DNA of 63,161 nucleotides, counting the filler. It is 4 parts of 4 records of this genome, joined end to end, with 100 filler letters (N's around TTAATTAATTAA, not from the genome) between each part and the next. Parts side by side here need not be neighbours in the genome. Positions count along the whole stretch, not along the records: positions 33,505 to 51,468 come from SRR22947727_859; 3 more parts are not named here. One strand, written 5' to 3'. Positions 33,405 to 43,372 of this stretch are shown one piece after another. A model generated the notes under the pieces. That model ran no database searches and was not told the origin of the DNA. It saw nothing but the letters and a program-made list of their open reading frames with translations. Position numbers and translations under genes: made by a program. The first letter of the stretch is position 1, and each line of letters begins with the position of its first letter.

Positions 33405-33504
33405 NNNNNNNNNNNNNNNNNNNNNNNNNNNNNNNNNNNNNNNNNNNNTTAATTAATTAANNNNNNNNNNNNNNNNNNNNNNNNNNNNNNNNNNNNNNNN
33501 NNNN
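33405..33504. other. Artificial contig linker
   Basis: 44 N + TTAATTAATTAA + 44 N. Confidence 0.98.
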
Positions 33505-33505
33505 G

Positions 33506-34165
33506 CGCAAAGCAGGGAATCGTATTCTGTTTGAAGGCGCGCAGGGCAGTTTGCTCGATATTGATTTTGGAACCTATCCTTTTGTAACCTCATCAAATGT
33601 CATCGCGGGTCAAGCGGCGACAGGATCTGGCGTTGGGCCGGGATCCATTGATTTTGTTCTGGGCATCGTCAAAGCCTATACAACCCGCGTGGGCGAGGGG
33701 CCATTTCCCACCGAGCTTGACGATGCGGATGGGCAGCGGTTGGGAGAGCGGGGCCATGAATTTGGCGTTGTTACAGGGCGTAAGCGCCGCTGTGGCTGGT
33801 TTGACGCGGCTCTCGTGCGTCAAACTTGCGCCACATCTGGCGTGAGCGGCATCGCCTTTACAAAGTTGGATGTTTTGGACGGGTTTGAGACGTTGAAAAT
33901 CTGCACAGGCTATACGCTTGACGGCACCCAATTGGATTATTTGCCGACAGCCGCGGATGAACAGGCCCGCTGTGTTCCAATCTATGAGGAAATGGCGGGT
34001 TGGAGCGAAAGTACCGAAGGCGCGCGCAGCTGGGCAGATTTGCCCGCCAATACAATTAAATACGTGCGCCGCGTGGAAGAGTTGATAGGCTGTCCTGTTG
34101 CGCTAGTATCAACGTCACCCGAACGGGATGACACCATTTTGGTGACAGATCCTTTCGCGGATTAA
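33506..34165 (+). CDS. purA: Adenylosuccinate synthetase (5' truncated)
   Basis: [55 protein letters not shown]. Confidence 0.96.
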   Translation, partial: RKAGNRILFEGAQGSLLDIDFGTYPFVTSSNVIAGQAATGSGVGPGSIDFVLGIVKAYTTRVGEGPFPTELDDADGQRLGERGHEFGVVTGRKRRCGWFDAALVRQTCATSGVSGIAFTKLDVLDGFETLKICTGYTLDGTQLDYLPTAADEQARCVPIYEEMAGWSESTEGARSWADLPANTIKYVRRVEELIGCPVALVSTSPERDDTILVTDPFAD

Positions 34166-34199
34166 AACGGTTTAGGTTCGGCTAACAGGGAGATAGGCT

Positions 34200-34427
34200 T
34201 TGGCGTTAAGTTATAAAGCCCGGCGGCGCTGGTCATTGTTTGTGTTGGTGATTGGATTGCCGCTCTACGTGGTGGCAGCGGTTAATCTGGTTGGCGTCTT
34301 TGAGCGCCCCTCAATCTTTGTTGAGCTGCTCGTCTATGTTGTGCTTGGGGTGGTTTGGGCGTTTCCATTGCGGTTTATATTTCGCGGTATCGGACAAGCT
34401 GATCCCGATCAGGATGATGCGCTATAG
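34200..34427 (+). CDS. DUF2842-family small membrane protein
   Basis: MALSYKARRRWSL..., two TM, GIGQADPD tail; GGGAG SD. Confidence 0.8.
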   Translation: MALSYKARRRWSLFVLVIGLPLYVVAAVNLVGVFERPSIFVELLVYVVLGVVWAFPLRFIFRGIGQADPDQDDAL

Positions 34428-34554
34428 CGCGGTTTTAAACGGCGATTTGGCAGCACTGCCGGATGTTGTGACCCTGGTGCAGCAAGTCTAAGCAGCATTG
34501 CTGGGGGCATAAACTTACGCTGGTGATTTTTGTTTAAAGATGATCTGAAAAGGG

Positions 34555-35247
34555 ATGATCCAGATGGAGCCGCAGTTTTCTTACCCGCATCCGGTCACGC
34601 TGGTTGGTGCAGCGCCGCTTGATGCAGATTTACTGCGATTTGCGCTTAACTTTGCTCCCAAAGCGCTTGCTGCAGATGGGGGTGTGAACCATTTGCGCGC
34701 CCTTGGCGTTGACCCGCTCGCGGTGGTTGGAGATATGGATTCTGTTGCTTTGGAAAACCAGCAGATGCGGGAGCACAACCTGTTTTTTCCAATAGCTGAA
34801 CAAGACAGCACCGATTTTGAAAAAGCGCTGGCGCGCCTTGCCGCCCCGTTGATCTTTGGGGTCGGCTTTTTAGGCGGACGCTTTGATCACGCTTTGGCAG
34901 CGCAAACTGTCTTGGTGCGCTATCCCCACCGCAAATGCATTCTTTTGGGGTCGGAGGATATCGTATTTTTGGCACCGCCGCGGCTTTCGCTGGATTTACC
35001 ATTTGAAACGCGGCTGTCTTTATATCCAATGGCACCGATCAAAATCTTATCAGAGGGCCTATATTGGCCGACGCGCGACCTAACATTCCAACCCGATGGT
35101 CAAATCGGAACGTCAAATAAGGTGAGTGGTGCGCTTCGGCTTCAGCCAGAGAATGCCAAAATGTTGGTTATTCTGCCGCGATTACATCTTGCGCAGGTCG
35201 CTGCTGCGCTGGGCGCTGCGCCGTCTTGGCCTGCTCTTGGAACATAA
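34555..35247 (+). CDS. thiN: Thiamine diphosphokinase
   Basis: AADGG, VGDMDS, QDSTDFEKAL, GGRFDH, GTSN. Confidence 0.9.
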   Translation: MIQMEPQFSYPHPVTLVGAAPLDADLLRFALNFAPKALAADGGVNHLRALGVDPLAVVGDMDSVALENQQMREHNLFFPIAEQDSTDFEKALARLAAPLIFGVGFLGGRFDHALAAQTVLVRYPHRKCILLGSEDIVFLAPPRLSLDLPFETRLSLYPMAPIKILSEGLYWPTRDLTFQPDGQIGTSNKVSGALRLQPENAKMLVILPRLHLAQVAAALGAAPSWPALGT

Positions 35248-36106
35248 CGTATAGGCCAGAGGCCATCGTTATCACAATGCCGGCTGATGCGAGTGGGTTC
35301 GGAAGTTCTGAAAACAGCAGCCAGCCAAATAAGGTGACAATCGGGATTTCCAGATATTGCAGCGGCGCCGTAGTCGCCGAGGGCAGATAGCTGAGAGACC
35401 AGGTCATGCTGAGCAAGGCAAAGGTTCCCACAGAGCCAAAGCTGATCAACAAAATGATTTTATCCGAGCTGATGGTGGAAAAATCAAACAGGGGCACAGA
35501 GCCGTCTTTGAAGATCAGCAGCGCAGGGGCGATCAGAACCACCGCCATAACACCGTTCACGGTTTGAACTTTAATCACATCATTTTCTTGGGTGATGAAA
35601 CGCGTTATCAACATGAAAATTGCGAAAATAAACGCCACCAGAAGCGGTAGAACTGCATAGAAACCTACCTCTTGAAATGACGGTTGGATAACCATCAACG
35701 TGCCAACGAACCCCGCCACACAAGCCAGCAAACGTTCTTTGCTGACGTCTTCTTTCAACACGGCCCATCCGAGCAAGATCACCAGCAATGGCAGGATGAA
35801 AACAATGGCAACGGCATCGGCAAGTGGTAAATACTGAAGGGCCACCACCATTACTGCGATCCCTGTGATTTGTAGCACTGTGCGGATTGCCGAGAGGGTT
35901 AAAAACTTTCCAGAAAAATGCCAGCTGCCCCCGATGGCCAAAGCCATTGGCGCCAAGATGATCACTTGTATGGCGAAGCGAATGAAAATGAGCGGTCCCA
36001 GGGCGACGGTTTGGCCAAGGATTTTGGCTAAGGCGTCGCCGAGAGGGGCCAGTGTACAGAAAAGCAGCATAAAGCCGATACCGAAAAGGGTGCGATTTTG
36101 TTCCAT
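35168..36106 (-). CDS. DMT/EamA-family transporter
   Basis: About 10 TM segments, LPLADAVAIVF, APLQYLEI. Confidence 0.88.
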   Translation of the reverse strand: MEQNRTLFGIGFMLLFCTLAPLGDALAKILGQTVALGPLIFIRFAIQVIILAPMALAIGGSWHFSGKFLTLSAIRTVLQITGIAVMVVALQYLPLADAVAIVFILPLLVILLGWAVLKEDVSKERLLACVAGFVGTLMVIQPSFQEVGFYAVLPLLVAFIFAIFMLITRFITQENDVIKVQTVNGVMAVVLIAPALLIFKDGSVPLFDFSTISSDKIILLISFGSVGTFALLSMTWSLSYLPSATTAPLQYLEIPIVTLFGWLLFSELPNPLASAGIVITMASGLYVMFQEQAKTAQRPAQQRPAQDVIAAE

Positions 36107-36142
36107 ACTTCTACTATAGGCTGAAGTGAGATCAATTGCAAT

Positions 36143-37075
36143 CTAAAGTTGTTTTAATTTTTCAAGCTTCCGCTCACGGTAAAATACGTAAAGCCCAGAG
36201 CCGATAATAATGCTTGTACCGATGATGGCCGTCTGGTTGGGAATATCGTTAAAAATCAAATACCCAAAGAACAAGGCACTCGCGATTTCAAGATAGTGCA
36301 GGGGCGCCAAAGTGGTTGAGGGTGCAAACTTCAATGCATAGCTGATCAGCAGGTGTGAAATAGAGGCAAAGGCGCCCACAGCGAATAACCAAAGCCAATA
36401 AATCCCGACTGGCATTACCGGTGCGAAAAGGGGTGATTCTGTTGCAGATCCCCAGATCAAGAATGGCAAACATAAGATCGTTCCCGTCAAGGCGGTGTGA
36501 AATTGTAAGGGAATTGGGTGAAGGTTTTGCGATAAGCTGCGCGTGACCAACATGTAAAGCGCAAAGGTCAGAGCGGTTGCCAAAGGAAAGAAAGCCACGG
36601 CTCCAAAGGCAGAAAAACTGGGCTGTATTACCAAAATCACTCCGCAAAACCCCACAATGCTAGCGGTTAATCTGCGCAAACCAACGGGTTCGGAAAAGAA
36701 AAACCGCCCCAAGAGTAAAAGAATAAACGGCTCAACAAAAACGATCGCTAATGCATCGGCGATCGGCATCACCGCAATCGCCGCAACGAAACAATAGGTT
36801 GAGGCAATTAAAAATACCGCACGGGCAATCAACGGCACCATCAAAGCCCGCGGCACTCGAAAAGAAAAGCCTAAAAGCAACGCCACCGGAAACATAATAA
36901 CGCTCTGTACCGCAAAGCGCGCAGTGGTAATCTGTGCCACTGGAATTTTATCTGCCGCCAGTTTTGCGGCCACATCCAACAGAGGCGCGCAGGCGCAAAA
37001 TCCAAGCATCATGGCGATGCCCAGAACAACCCGATCGGTGCTTAGTGCCGTAGGGGCGTTCGTCGATACAGACAT
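36143..37075 (-). CDS. DMT/EamA-family transporter
   Basis: About 10 TM segments, MPIADALAIVF, APLHYLEI; paralog of the adjacent gene. Confidence 0.88.
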   Translation of the reverse strand: MSVSTNAPTALSTDRVVLGIAMMLGFCACAPLLDVAAKLAADKIPVAQITTARFAVQSVIMFPVALLLGFSFRVPRALMVPLIARAVFLIASTYCFVAAIAVMPIADALAIVFVEPFILLLLGRFFFSEPVGLRRLTASIVGFCGVILVIQPSFSAFGAVAFFPLATALTFALYMLVTRSLSQNLHPIPLQFHTALTGTILCLPFLIWGSATESPLFAPVMPVGIYWLWLFAVGAFASISHLLISYALKFAPSTTLAPLHYLEIASALFFGYLIFNDIPNQTAIIGTSIIIGSGLYVFYRERKLEKLKQL

Positions 37076-37145
37076 TGGTCTTCCTTACTATTGGGCGCGG
37101 CTGCTGCAGATTTACCTTTAAAAGGCACGGGTGATCCGCAGGGTT

Positions 37146-38519
37146 TTAACAATTGGGAACATTTACCGCCAAGCCGCCCAGCGAGGTTTCTTTATATTTG
37201 GCATTCATATCCTCGCCGGTTTGCCGCATCGTTTCAATACAGGCATCTAACGGAATCAGATGTTGACCATCGCCGCGCAACGCCAAACTGGCGGCGGAGA
37301 CGGCTTTAATCGCACCGAGGCCATTGCGTTCGATACAGGGCACTTGCACCAGACCTGCAACCGGATCGCAGGTCATTCCCAGATGATGCTCTAAGGCAAT
37401 TTCAGCGGCATTCTCGATTTGCTCTGAGCTTCCTCCAAGCGCGGCGCAAAGACCAGCCGCGGCCATTGCGCTGGCGCTTCCCACTTCTGCCTGACATCCG
37501 GCTTCGGCGCCGCTGATTGAGGCATTATATTTGACCAACCCGCCAATCGCGGCCGCCGTCAGCAGAAAAACTTCAATTTTAGCGCTATGCGCACCCGGCA
37601 CATGATCCAGATAATAGCGGATCACCGCGGGCACAACGCCGGCCGCCCCATTGGTCGGGGCCGTGACCACTTGCCCTCCGGCTGCGTTTTCTTCGTTAAC
37701 GGCCATCGCGTATACGCTCATCCAATCGTTGATCGTATGCGGAGGCGCAAGGTTTAACCCGCGCTCTGCCCGCAGCTGATCCACCACACCTTTGGCACGG
37801 CGGCGCACTTTTAAGCCGCCAGGCAAAATCCCCTCACTTGCAAGGCCGCGATCAATGCAATCTGACATCACGCCCCAAATCTGTGCGACGTTGGCTTTGA
37901 GCTGCGTTGGTGTAATGCGGGTTAATTCATTGGCCCGCTTCATTTCTGCGATGCTGCGCCCCGATGTGCGCGACATCTCCAACATTTCTTTGGCAGAGTG
38001 AAACGGATAGGGCACCGCGGGGCCGGTATCCACATCTTTGCCTTGCGCCAGTTCCGCTGCGGTCAATACAAACCCGCCGCCGATCGAATAATAGGTTTCT
38101 TGCAAAACGACATCCCCCTGCGCATCAGTGGCCATCACAACCATTCCATTGGCATGCCCGGGCAGATTTGGTCCGTAATCAAACACCAAATCTTCTTTCT
38201 TGTTAAACTTGAGGCTAGGTAAATCTGGCGGTGTAATTTCCCCGGTAGAGGCAATTCGTGCCAAAACGCTTTCGGCTTCCTCGGCTTTATAAGTGGCCGG
38301 GGTGAAACCCGCCAATCCAAGAATAGAGGCCCGATCTGTGGCATGTCCAATGCCAGTAAAGGCCAAGGATCCATGAAGGCGCAGTTTGATCCCGCCAAAT
38401 TCAAAGGGCGATTGACGCATCATGGCCAAAAACCGCTCAGCGGCACGCATCGGGCCCATCGTATGTGATGAAGACGGGCCAATCCCAACTTTGAACAGAT
38501 CAAAAACAGAGAGAAACAT
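37146..38519 (-). CDS. sdaA: L-serine ammonia-lyase (Fe-S, single chain)
   Basis: [43 protein letters not shown]. Confidence 0.96.
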   Translation of the reverse strand: MFLSVFDLFKVGIGPSSSHTMGPMRAAERFLAMMRQSPFEFGGIKLRLHGSLAFTGIGHATDRASILGLAGFTPATYKAEEAESVLARIASTGEITPPDLPSLKFNKKEDLVFDYGPNLPGHANGMVVMATDAQGDVVLQETYYSIGGGFVLTAAELAQGKDVDTGPAVPYPFHSAKEMLEMSRTSGRSIAEMKRANELTRITPTQLKANVAQIWGVMSDCIDRGLASEGILPGGLKVRRRAKGVVDQLRAERGLNLAPPHTINDWMSVYAMAVNEENAAGGQVVTAPTNGAAGVVPAVIRYYLDHVPGAHSAKIEVFLLTAAAIGGLVKYNASISGAEAGCQAEVGSASAMAAAGLCAALGGSSEQIENAAEIALEHHLGMTCDPVAGLVQVPCIERNGLGAIKAVSAASLALRGDGQHLIPLDACIETMRQTGEDMNAKYKETSLGGLAVNVPNC

Positions 38520-38784
38520 GATCATTCATCCTTTTAAACTGAGGTCCTGTAAACGGATGATGTTTCTATATCAAAACAGTATCGCGTTTCAAAGTTTGGG
38601 GCCAATGCGCCTCTCTAACTGTGCATCTATTTGGATTTAGACAGAAAAACGACCTTTCGATAAGAAATTCGCCGCTGATAGGATAAAAAGCAGCCCAAAG
38701 CCGATTGGATTATCGCAAAAGCCCCCTCGCACATCGAGCAAGAGTGCTTTATGGGTGGCGCAGGTTTAAAAGGGAGATCGCGTT

Positions 38785-39570
38785 ATGAACCAACCGCTGG
38801 CTGCTGCAGATGCGGCGAAATTCGCTGCTGCAAAGCGGGCGTCTGAATTGGTTGAAACGGGTATGAAGGTTGGCTTGGGCACTGGCAGCACCGCGGCGTG
38901 GTTGGTCCGCGCCCTGGCCGCGCGTCAACACGAGGAAGGTTTGCGCTTTCAAGCCGTGCCAACATCCACGCAAACCGCGGCACTGGCCGGTGCGCTTGGA
39001 ATTCCATTAACCACGCTCGATGCAGCCGGTTGGCTTGATTTAACGATTGATGGGGCCGATGAGGTTGATGCGCAGTTCTCTTTGATAAAGGGCGGTGGCG
39101 GCGCGCTGTTGCAAGAAAAAATTGTTGCCAAAGCCAGCGATCGAATGGTGGTGATCGCTGATTCTGAAAAGCAAGTGGCGCAGCTGGGTAAGTTTGCATT
39201 GCCCGTGGAAGTGATCGGCTTTGGCAAAAGCGCAAGCGAAACTTTGATCAAAGAGGTCCTGAAAGATTTGGGGTTCGCAAATCCTGTTAGCAAATTCAGG
39301 CCGGGCCAAGCGGGCCTTTTTGTTACTGATGAGGGCAACCATATTCTGGATATTGAACTTCAGACTATTTCTAATCCCGCAGCCTTAGCGCAGGCGTTGA
39401 ACCAAGTGCCGGGGGTGGTTGAAAATGGATTATTCATTGATATCTGCAGCGCATTGGTGATCGGCCATTCGGATGGGCGGGTATCATATACTGATGTTGC
39501 CACAGGCACCGAAGAGGCTGGCCAGATCGATCTAAATCAAGCCGCGCGCTTGGCCGAAATGGGGCGGTGA
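38785..39570 (+). CDS. rpiA: Ribose-5-phosphate isomerase A
   Basis: GLGTGST, DGADE, KGGGGALLQEK. Confidence 0.96.
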   Translation: MNQPLAAADAAKFAAAKRASELVETGMKVGLGTGSTAAWLVRALAARQHEEGLRFQAVPTSTQTAALAGALGIPLTTLDAAGWLDLTIDGADEVDAQFSLIKGGGGALLQEKIVAKASDRMVVIADSEKQVAQLGKFALPVEVIGFGKSASETLIKEVLKDLGFANPVSKFRPGQAGLFVTDEGNHILDIELQTISNPAALAQALNQVPGVVENGLFIDICSALVIGHSDGRVSYTDVATGTEEAGQIDLNQAARLAEMGR

Positions 39571-39572
39571 AG

Positions 39573-40931
39573 ATGCGGTTTGATTTCAATTTGTTTGTTA
39601 TTGGCGGTGGATCGGGCGGCGTGCGCGCGGCGCGCGTTGCGGCTGGTGAGTTGGGGTTGAAAGTCGGCCTTGCCGAGGAAGATCGTTATGGCGGCACCTG
39701 CGTAATTCGGGGCTGCGTGCCGAAAAAGCTGATGGTTTATGCCAGCGAGTATAGCCAGATACCCAGCCAAGCAAAAGCATATGGTTGGCAGATCGATAAC
39801 GCCCGGTTTGAATGGCCGCAATTGCGCGGCAATTTGCATGCCGAGCTTGATCGGCTAGAGGGGGTGTACCGGCGCTTACTCAGCGAGTCCGGCGTTACAA
39901 GTTTTGACGCCCGTGCCCGGATCGTTGATCCGCATTGCGTTGAACTGGCAGATGGCACGCGCGTGACGGCAGAGCATATATTGGTGGCCACTGGCGGCAA
40001 CCCTGTTTTGCCGGATATTCCCGGGATCGAGCATGCGATCAGTTCAAATGAAATGTTTTTATTAAAGAGCCTACCCAAAAGTATTTTGATCGTGGGCGGT
40101 GGATATATCGCCTGCGAGTTTGCAGGGATTATGAATGGGCTTGGCGTTGCAACCACGCAGTTTTACCGCGGAGACCAAATTTTACGCGGCTTTGATGACG
40201 AGGTCCGCAACCATTTGGCCGCGCAAATATTGCTGCGCGGAGTTAATCTGCGCCTCAACAGGAATGTTGCATCGATCGAAAAAACTGAGCAGGGCCTTTT
40301 GGTTGCCGATAGCAATGGCGAAACAGCCACGTTTGACCAAGTGATGTTTGCAACTGGTCGGCGCGCCAATAGTGAGGCTTTGGGCTTGGAAACGCTGGGG
40401 GTAAGGCAAAAGCCGAATGGCGCGATCGAGGTAGATGCCTATTCGCAAACCTCAGTGCCCTCGATCTATGCGATTGGCGATGTGACCGATCGGGTGAACC
40501 TTACGCCTGTGGCAATCCGCGAAGCTATGGCGTTCACGTCCACTGTGTTCCAAGGCCAGCCGGTGGCGGTTGATCATGATTTGATCGCTACAGCCGTGTT
40601 CACCCAGCCAGAATTGGGCACGATCGGGCAGAGCGAGGCAGAGGCCCGTGCCAAAGGCCCGGTTGATATTTACACCACGCAGTTCAAGCCGATGCGCCAA
40701 GGCTTTGCGCAACAAGACGAAAAAACCTTTATGAAATTGGTTGTCGATCAAGCTTCCCAAAAGGTTTTAGGCTGTCATATCATCGCCCCCGGGGCCGGTG
40801 AAATGATTCAAATGGTTGCGATTGCGATCAAAATGGGGGCGACGAAAGCGGATTTTGATCAAACCGTGGCGGTTCATCCGACATTGGCCGAAGAACTGGT
40901 TACGATGCGCCATCCATCACGCAGCGGTTGA
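39573..40931 (+). CDS. gor: Glutathione-disulfide reductase
   Basis: GGGSGG, GGTCVIRGCVPKK redox disulfide, GGGYIA, HPTLAEE. Confidence 0.92.
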   Translation: MRFDFNLFVIGGGSGGVRAARVAAGELGLKVGLAEEDRYGGTCVIRGCVPKKLMVYASEYSQIPSQAKAYGWQIDNARFEWPQLRGNLHAELDRLEGVYRRLLSESGVTSFDARARIVDPHCVELADGTRVTAEHILVATGGNPVLPDIPGIEHAISSNEMFLLKSLPKSILIVGGGYIACEFAGIMNGLGVATTQFYRGDQILRGFDDEVRNHLAAQILLRGVNLRLNRNVASIEKTEQGLLVADSNGETATFDQVMFATGRRANSEALGLETLGVRQKPNGAIEVDAYSQTSVPSIYAIGDVTDRVNLTPVAIREAMAFTSTVFQGQPVAVDHDLIATAVFTQPELGTIGQSEAEARAKGPVDIYTTQFKPMRQGFAQQDEKTFMKLVVDQASQKVLGCHIIAPGAGEMIQMVAIAIKMGATKADFDQTVAVHPTLAEELVTMRHPSRSG

Positions 40932-40954
40932 AATTGAAAAAAATACGCCCATGT
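40928..40954 (+). promoter_or_regulatory. Putative RpoH (sigma32) promoter of hflKC
   Basis: TTG-N17-CCCATGT about 55 nt upstream of the hflK ATG, matching the heat-shock sigma consensus. Confidence 0.55.
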
Positions 40955-41007
40955 AAAGAGATGGGGAAATTCACAAATATGCAAGGTCAAATAAGGGAAC
41001 GAATTTA

Positions 41008-42141
41008 ATGACTGGAAACTCAGGTGGCCCATGGGGCCGCGGCGGCGGCGGCGGTGATAATGATGATCGCAACCGTCCCAATGGCAACGGCGGCGACGAT
41101 CGTCGTCCGCGCAATGATGGCCCGCAAATGCCGCCAGAATTGGATGATATGCTGCGCAAAGGCCAAGAGCAGCTAAAGGTTTTATTGGGCGGCGGTTCGG
41201 GCGGAGGATCCAACGGATCTTCGCAGCAATCCGGCCCCGGCATGGGCCGCAGCGGCTATTTATTGATCGCGGCTTTATTGGTGGCGTTTTGGAGTTTTTC
41301 CAGTTTTTACACAGTGAAGCCGGAAGAAAAGTCGGTTGAGTTATTCCTTGGCAAGTTTTCCTCTATTGGCAATCCGGGTTTGAACTTTGCCCCTTGGCCA
41401 CTAGTCACCCGTGAAGTGTTGCCGGTAACCCGAGAACAAAATGAAAGCATTGGCGTGGGTGGCCGCGGCAGTGACGCGGGTTTGATGCTGACGCGCGATG
41501 AGAATATCGTGGATATTGATTTTGAGGTGGTCTGGAATATTAGCGATCCCGCAAAATATTTGTTCAACTTGCGCGATCCACAAATGACGATTCGCGCCGT
41601 GTCTGAATCTGCGATGCGCGAAATTATTGCCCAATCTGAATTGGCCCCGATCCTGAACCGTGACCGGGGTTTGATTGCTGCAAATCTTGAAACCCTCATT
41701 CAAGAAACGCTCGACAGTTACGGCAGCGGCGTCAGCTTGGTGCGGGTGAACTTTGATCGGGCAGACCCGCCCGAACAGGTGATTGATGCGTTCCGCGCGG
41801 TGCAAGCCGCCGAGCAAGAGCGCGACCGTCTGGAAAAGCAAGCGGATGCTTATGCGAACCGCGTCTTGGCGCAAGCCCGTGGTGAATCTGCGCAGGTCTT
41901 TGAAGAAGCCGAAGGGTACCGTGCGCGCGTGGTGAATGAGGCGACGGGTGAAGCCAGCCGCTTTAGTGCGGTTTTGGAAGAATATAGCAAAGCCCCCGAG
42001 GTAACCCGCAAACGGCTGTATCTGGAAACCATGGAAGAGGTATTAGGTGGGCTTGAGAAGGTGATCATCGATGATCAAACCGGAGGTCAGGGCGTGGTGC
42101 CCTATCTGCCATTGAACCAATTGCGTCAGGAGAAAAACTAA
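41008..42141 (+). CDS. hflK: FtsH modulator HflK
   Basis: GGPWG Gly-rich N-terminus, TM, MLTRDENIV, APEVTRKRLYLETM, VPYLPL. Confidence 0.95.
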   Translation: MTGNSGGPWGRGGGGGDNDDRNRPNGNGGDDRRPRNDGPQMPPELDDMLRKGQEQLKVLLGGGSGGGSNGSSQQSGPGMGRSGYLLIAALLVAFWSFSSFYTVKPEEKSVELFLGKFSSIGNPGLNFAPWPLVTREVLPVTREQNESIGVGGRGSDAGLMLTRDENIVDIDFEVVWNISDPAKYLFNLRDPQMTIRAVSESAMREIIAQSELAPILNRDRGLIAANLETLIQETLDSYGSGVSLVRVNFDRADPPEQVIDAFRAVQAAEQERDRLEKQADAYANRVLAQARGESAQVFEEAEGYRARVVNEATGEASRFSAVLEEYSKAPEVTRKRLYLETMEEVLGGLEKVIIDDQTGGQGVVPYLPLNQLRQEKN

Positions 42142-43013
42142 TGCGTAAGTTAAGTTTTATTGTTCCAGTCGCTGTCGTTTTGATCGCGCTGTTCATGTCA
42201 ACCGTGTTCATCGTTGATGAGCGGAATAAAGCACTGGTTTTGCAATTTGGCCGCGTGGTTGCGGTGAAAGAAGATCCTGGTTTGGCGTTTAAAATTCCCT
42301 TTATTCAAGAAGTTGTCTTCTATGATGATCGGATTTTAAGCCGCGATGTTGACCCGCTGGAAGTGACGCCTTTGGATGATCGCCGTTTGGTGGTGGATGC
42401 GTTTACGCGGTATCGGATCACGGATGTGAACCAGTTTCGTGAAGCCGTTGGCACCGGCGGTGTGCAAGTTGCAGAAAGCCGTTTGGACAGCATTTTGAAA
42501 AGTGAAATGCGTGAAGTTTTGGGCTCGGTTAGCTCGAACGATATTCTCAGTTCGGATCGGGCTGTTCTGATGTCGCGGATCCGCAACGCGGCGATTGAAA
42601 AAGCGCTGCCGCTGGGCATCGAAGTGGTTGATGTAAGATTGAAGAGAACCGATCTACCGCGCGCCAACTTAGATGCGACCTTTGCCAGAATGCGCGCCGA
42701 GCGCGAACGTGAAGCCGCAGATGAAATCGCTCGCGGGAACGAAGCGGCGCAGCGGGTACGGGCCTTGGCGGACAGAACGCAAGTTGAGATCGTATCTGAG
42801 GCGAAGCGCGAATCTGAAATCATCCGCGGTTTGGCGGATGCAGAACGAAACGCAATCTTTGCCAGCGCGTTCGGGGCAGATCCGGAATTCTTCGAATTTT
42901 ACAGATCTTTGGCGGCTTATCGAACCGCGTTGAAGGGTCAGAATTCGACGATGGTTATGTCGCCGGATTCCGAGTTTTTCAACTATTTGAAATCGGATGT
43001 AATCGCTAAATGA
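42141..43013 (+). CDS. hflC: FtsH modulator HflC
   Basis: SPFH domain, RMRAERE, DPEFFEFYRSL, PDSEFF. Confidence 0.95.
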   Translation: MRKLSFIVPVAVVLIALFMSTVFIVDERNKALVLQFGRVVAVKEDPGLAFKIPFIQEVVFYDDRILSRDVDPLEVTPLDDRRLVVDAFTRYRITDVNQFREAVGTGGVQVAESRLDSILKSEMREVLGSVSSNDILSSDRAVLMSRIRNAAIEKALPLGIEVVDVRLKRTDLPRANLDATFARMRAEREREAADEIARGNEAAQRVRALADRTQVEIVSEAKRESEIIRGLADAERNAIFASAFGADPEFFEFYRSLAAYRTALKGQNSTMVMSPDSEFFNYLKSDVIAK

Positions 43014-43204
43014 TCGAAATCTGCCTATGGGCGATTGGATTGATTTTAGTTTTCGAGGGGCTGGTCTATGTGCTGGCCCCTTCTTTGGTTGAAGCGATGT
43101 TGCAATATTTGCAAGCCTTGCCGCTTTCGCAGCGCCGGTTCATTGGGGCCGTCATCGCTTTGCTGGGCGCTATTATTTTATGGGCTGCGCGGATAATCGC
43201 CTAG
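43010..43204 (+). CDS. DUF2065 small membrane protein
   Basis: AIGLILVFEGL..LAP motif, conserved position after hflC. Confidence 0.85.
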   Translation: MIEICLWAIGLILVFEGLVYVLAPSLVEAMLQYLQALPLSQRRFIGAVIALLGAIILWAARIIA

Positions 43205-43372
43205 CGCACCGCATCAGCACACGTTTGTTCACATTTAGCTGAAGATTGGCTGTGGCCCTTGTCTGTTGGGGGGGGCGGGCTTATTTAAAGGCGGAGGCCG
43301 GATATTTTGACAATCTCCAAAAGATCCGCGGTCGAGCAAACCACATTGAGCAAATGACAAGGAGTTGCATTT

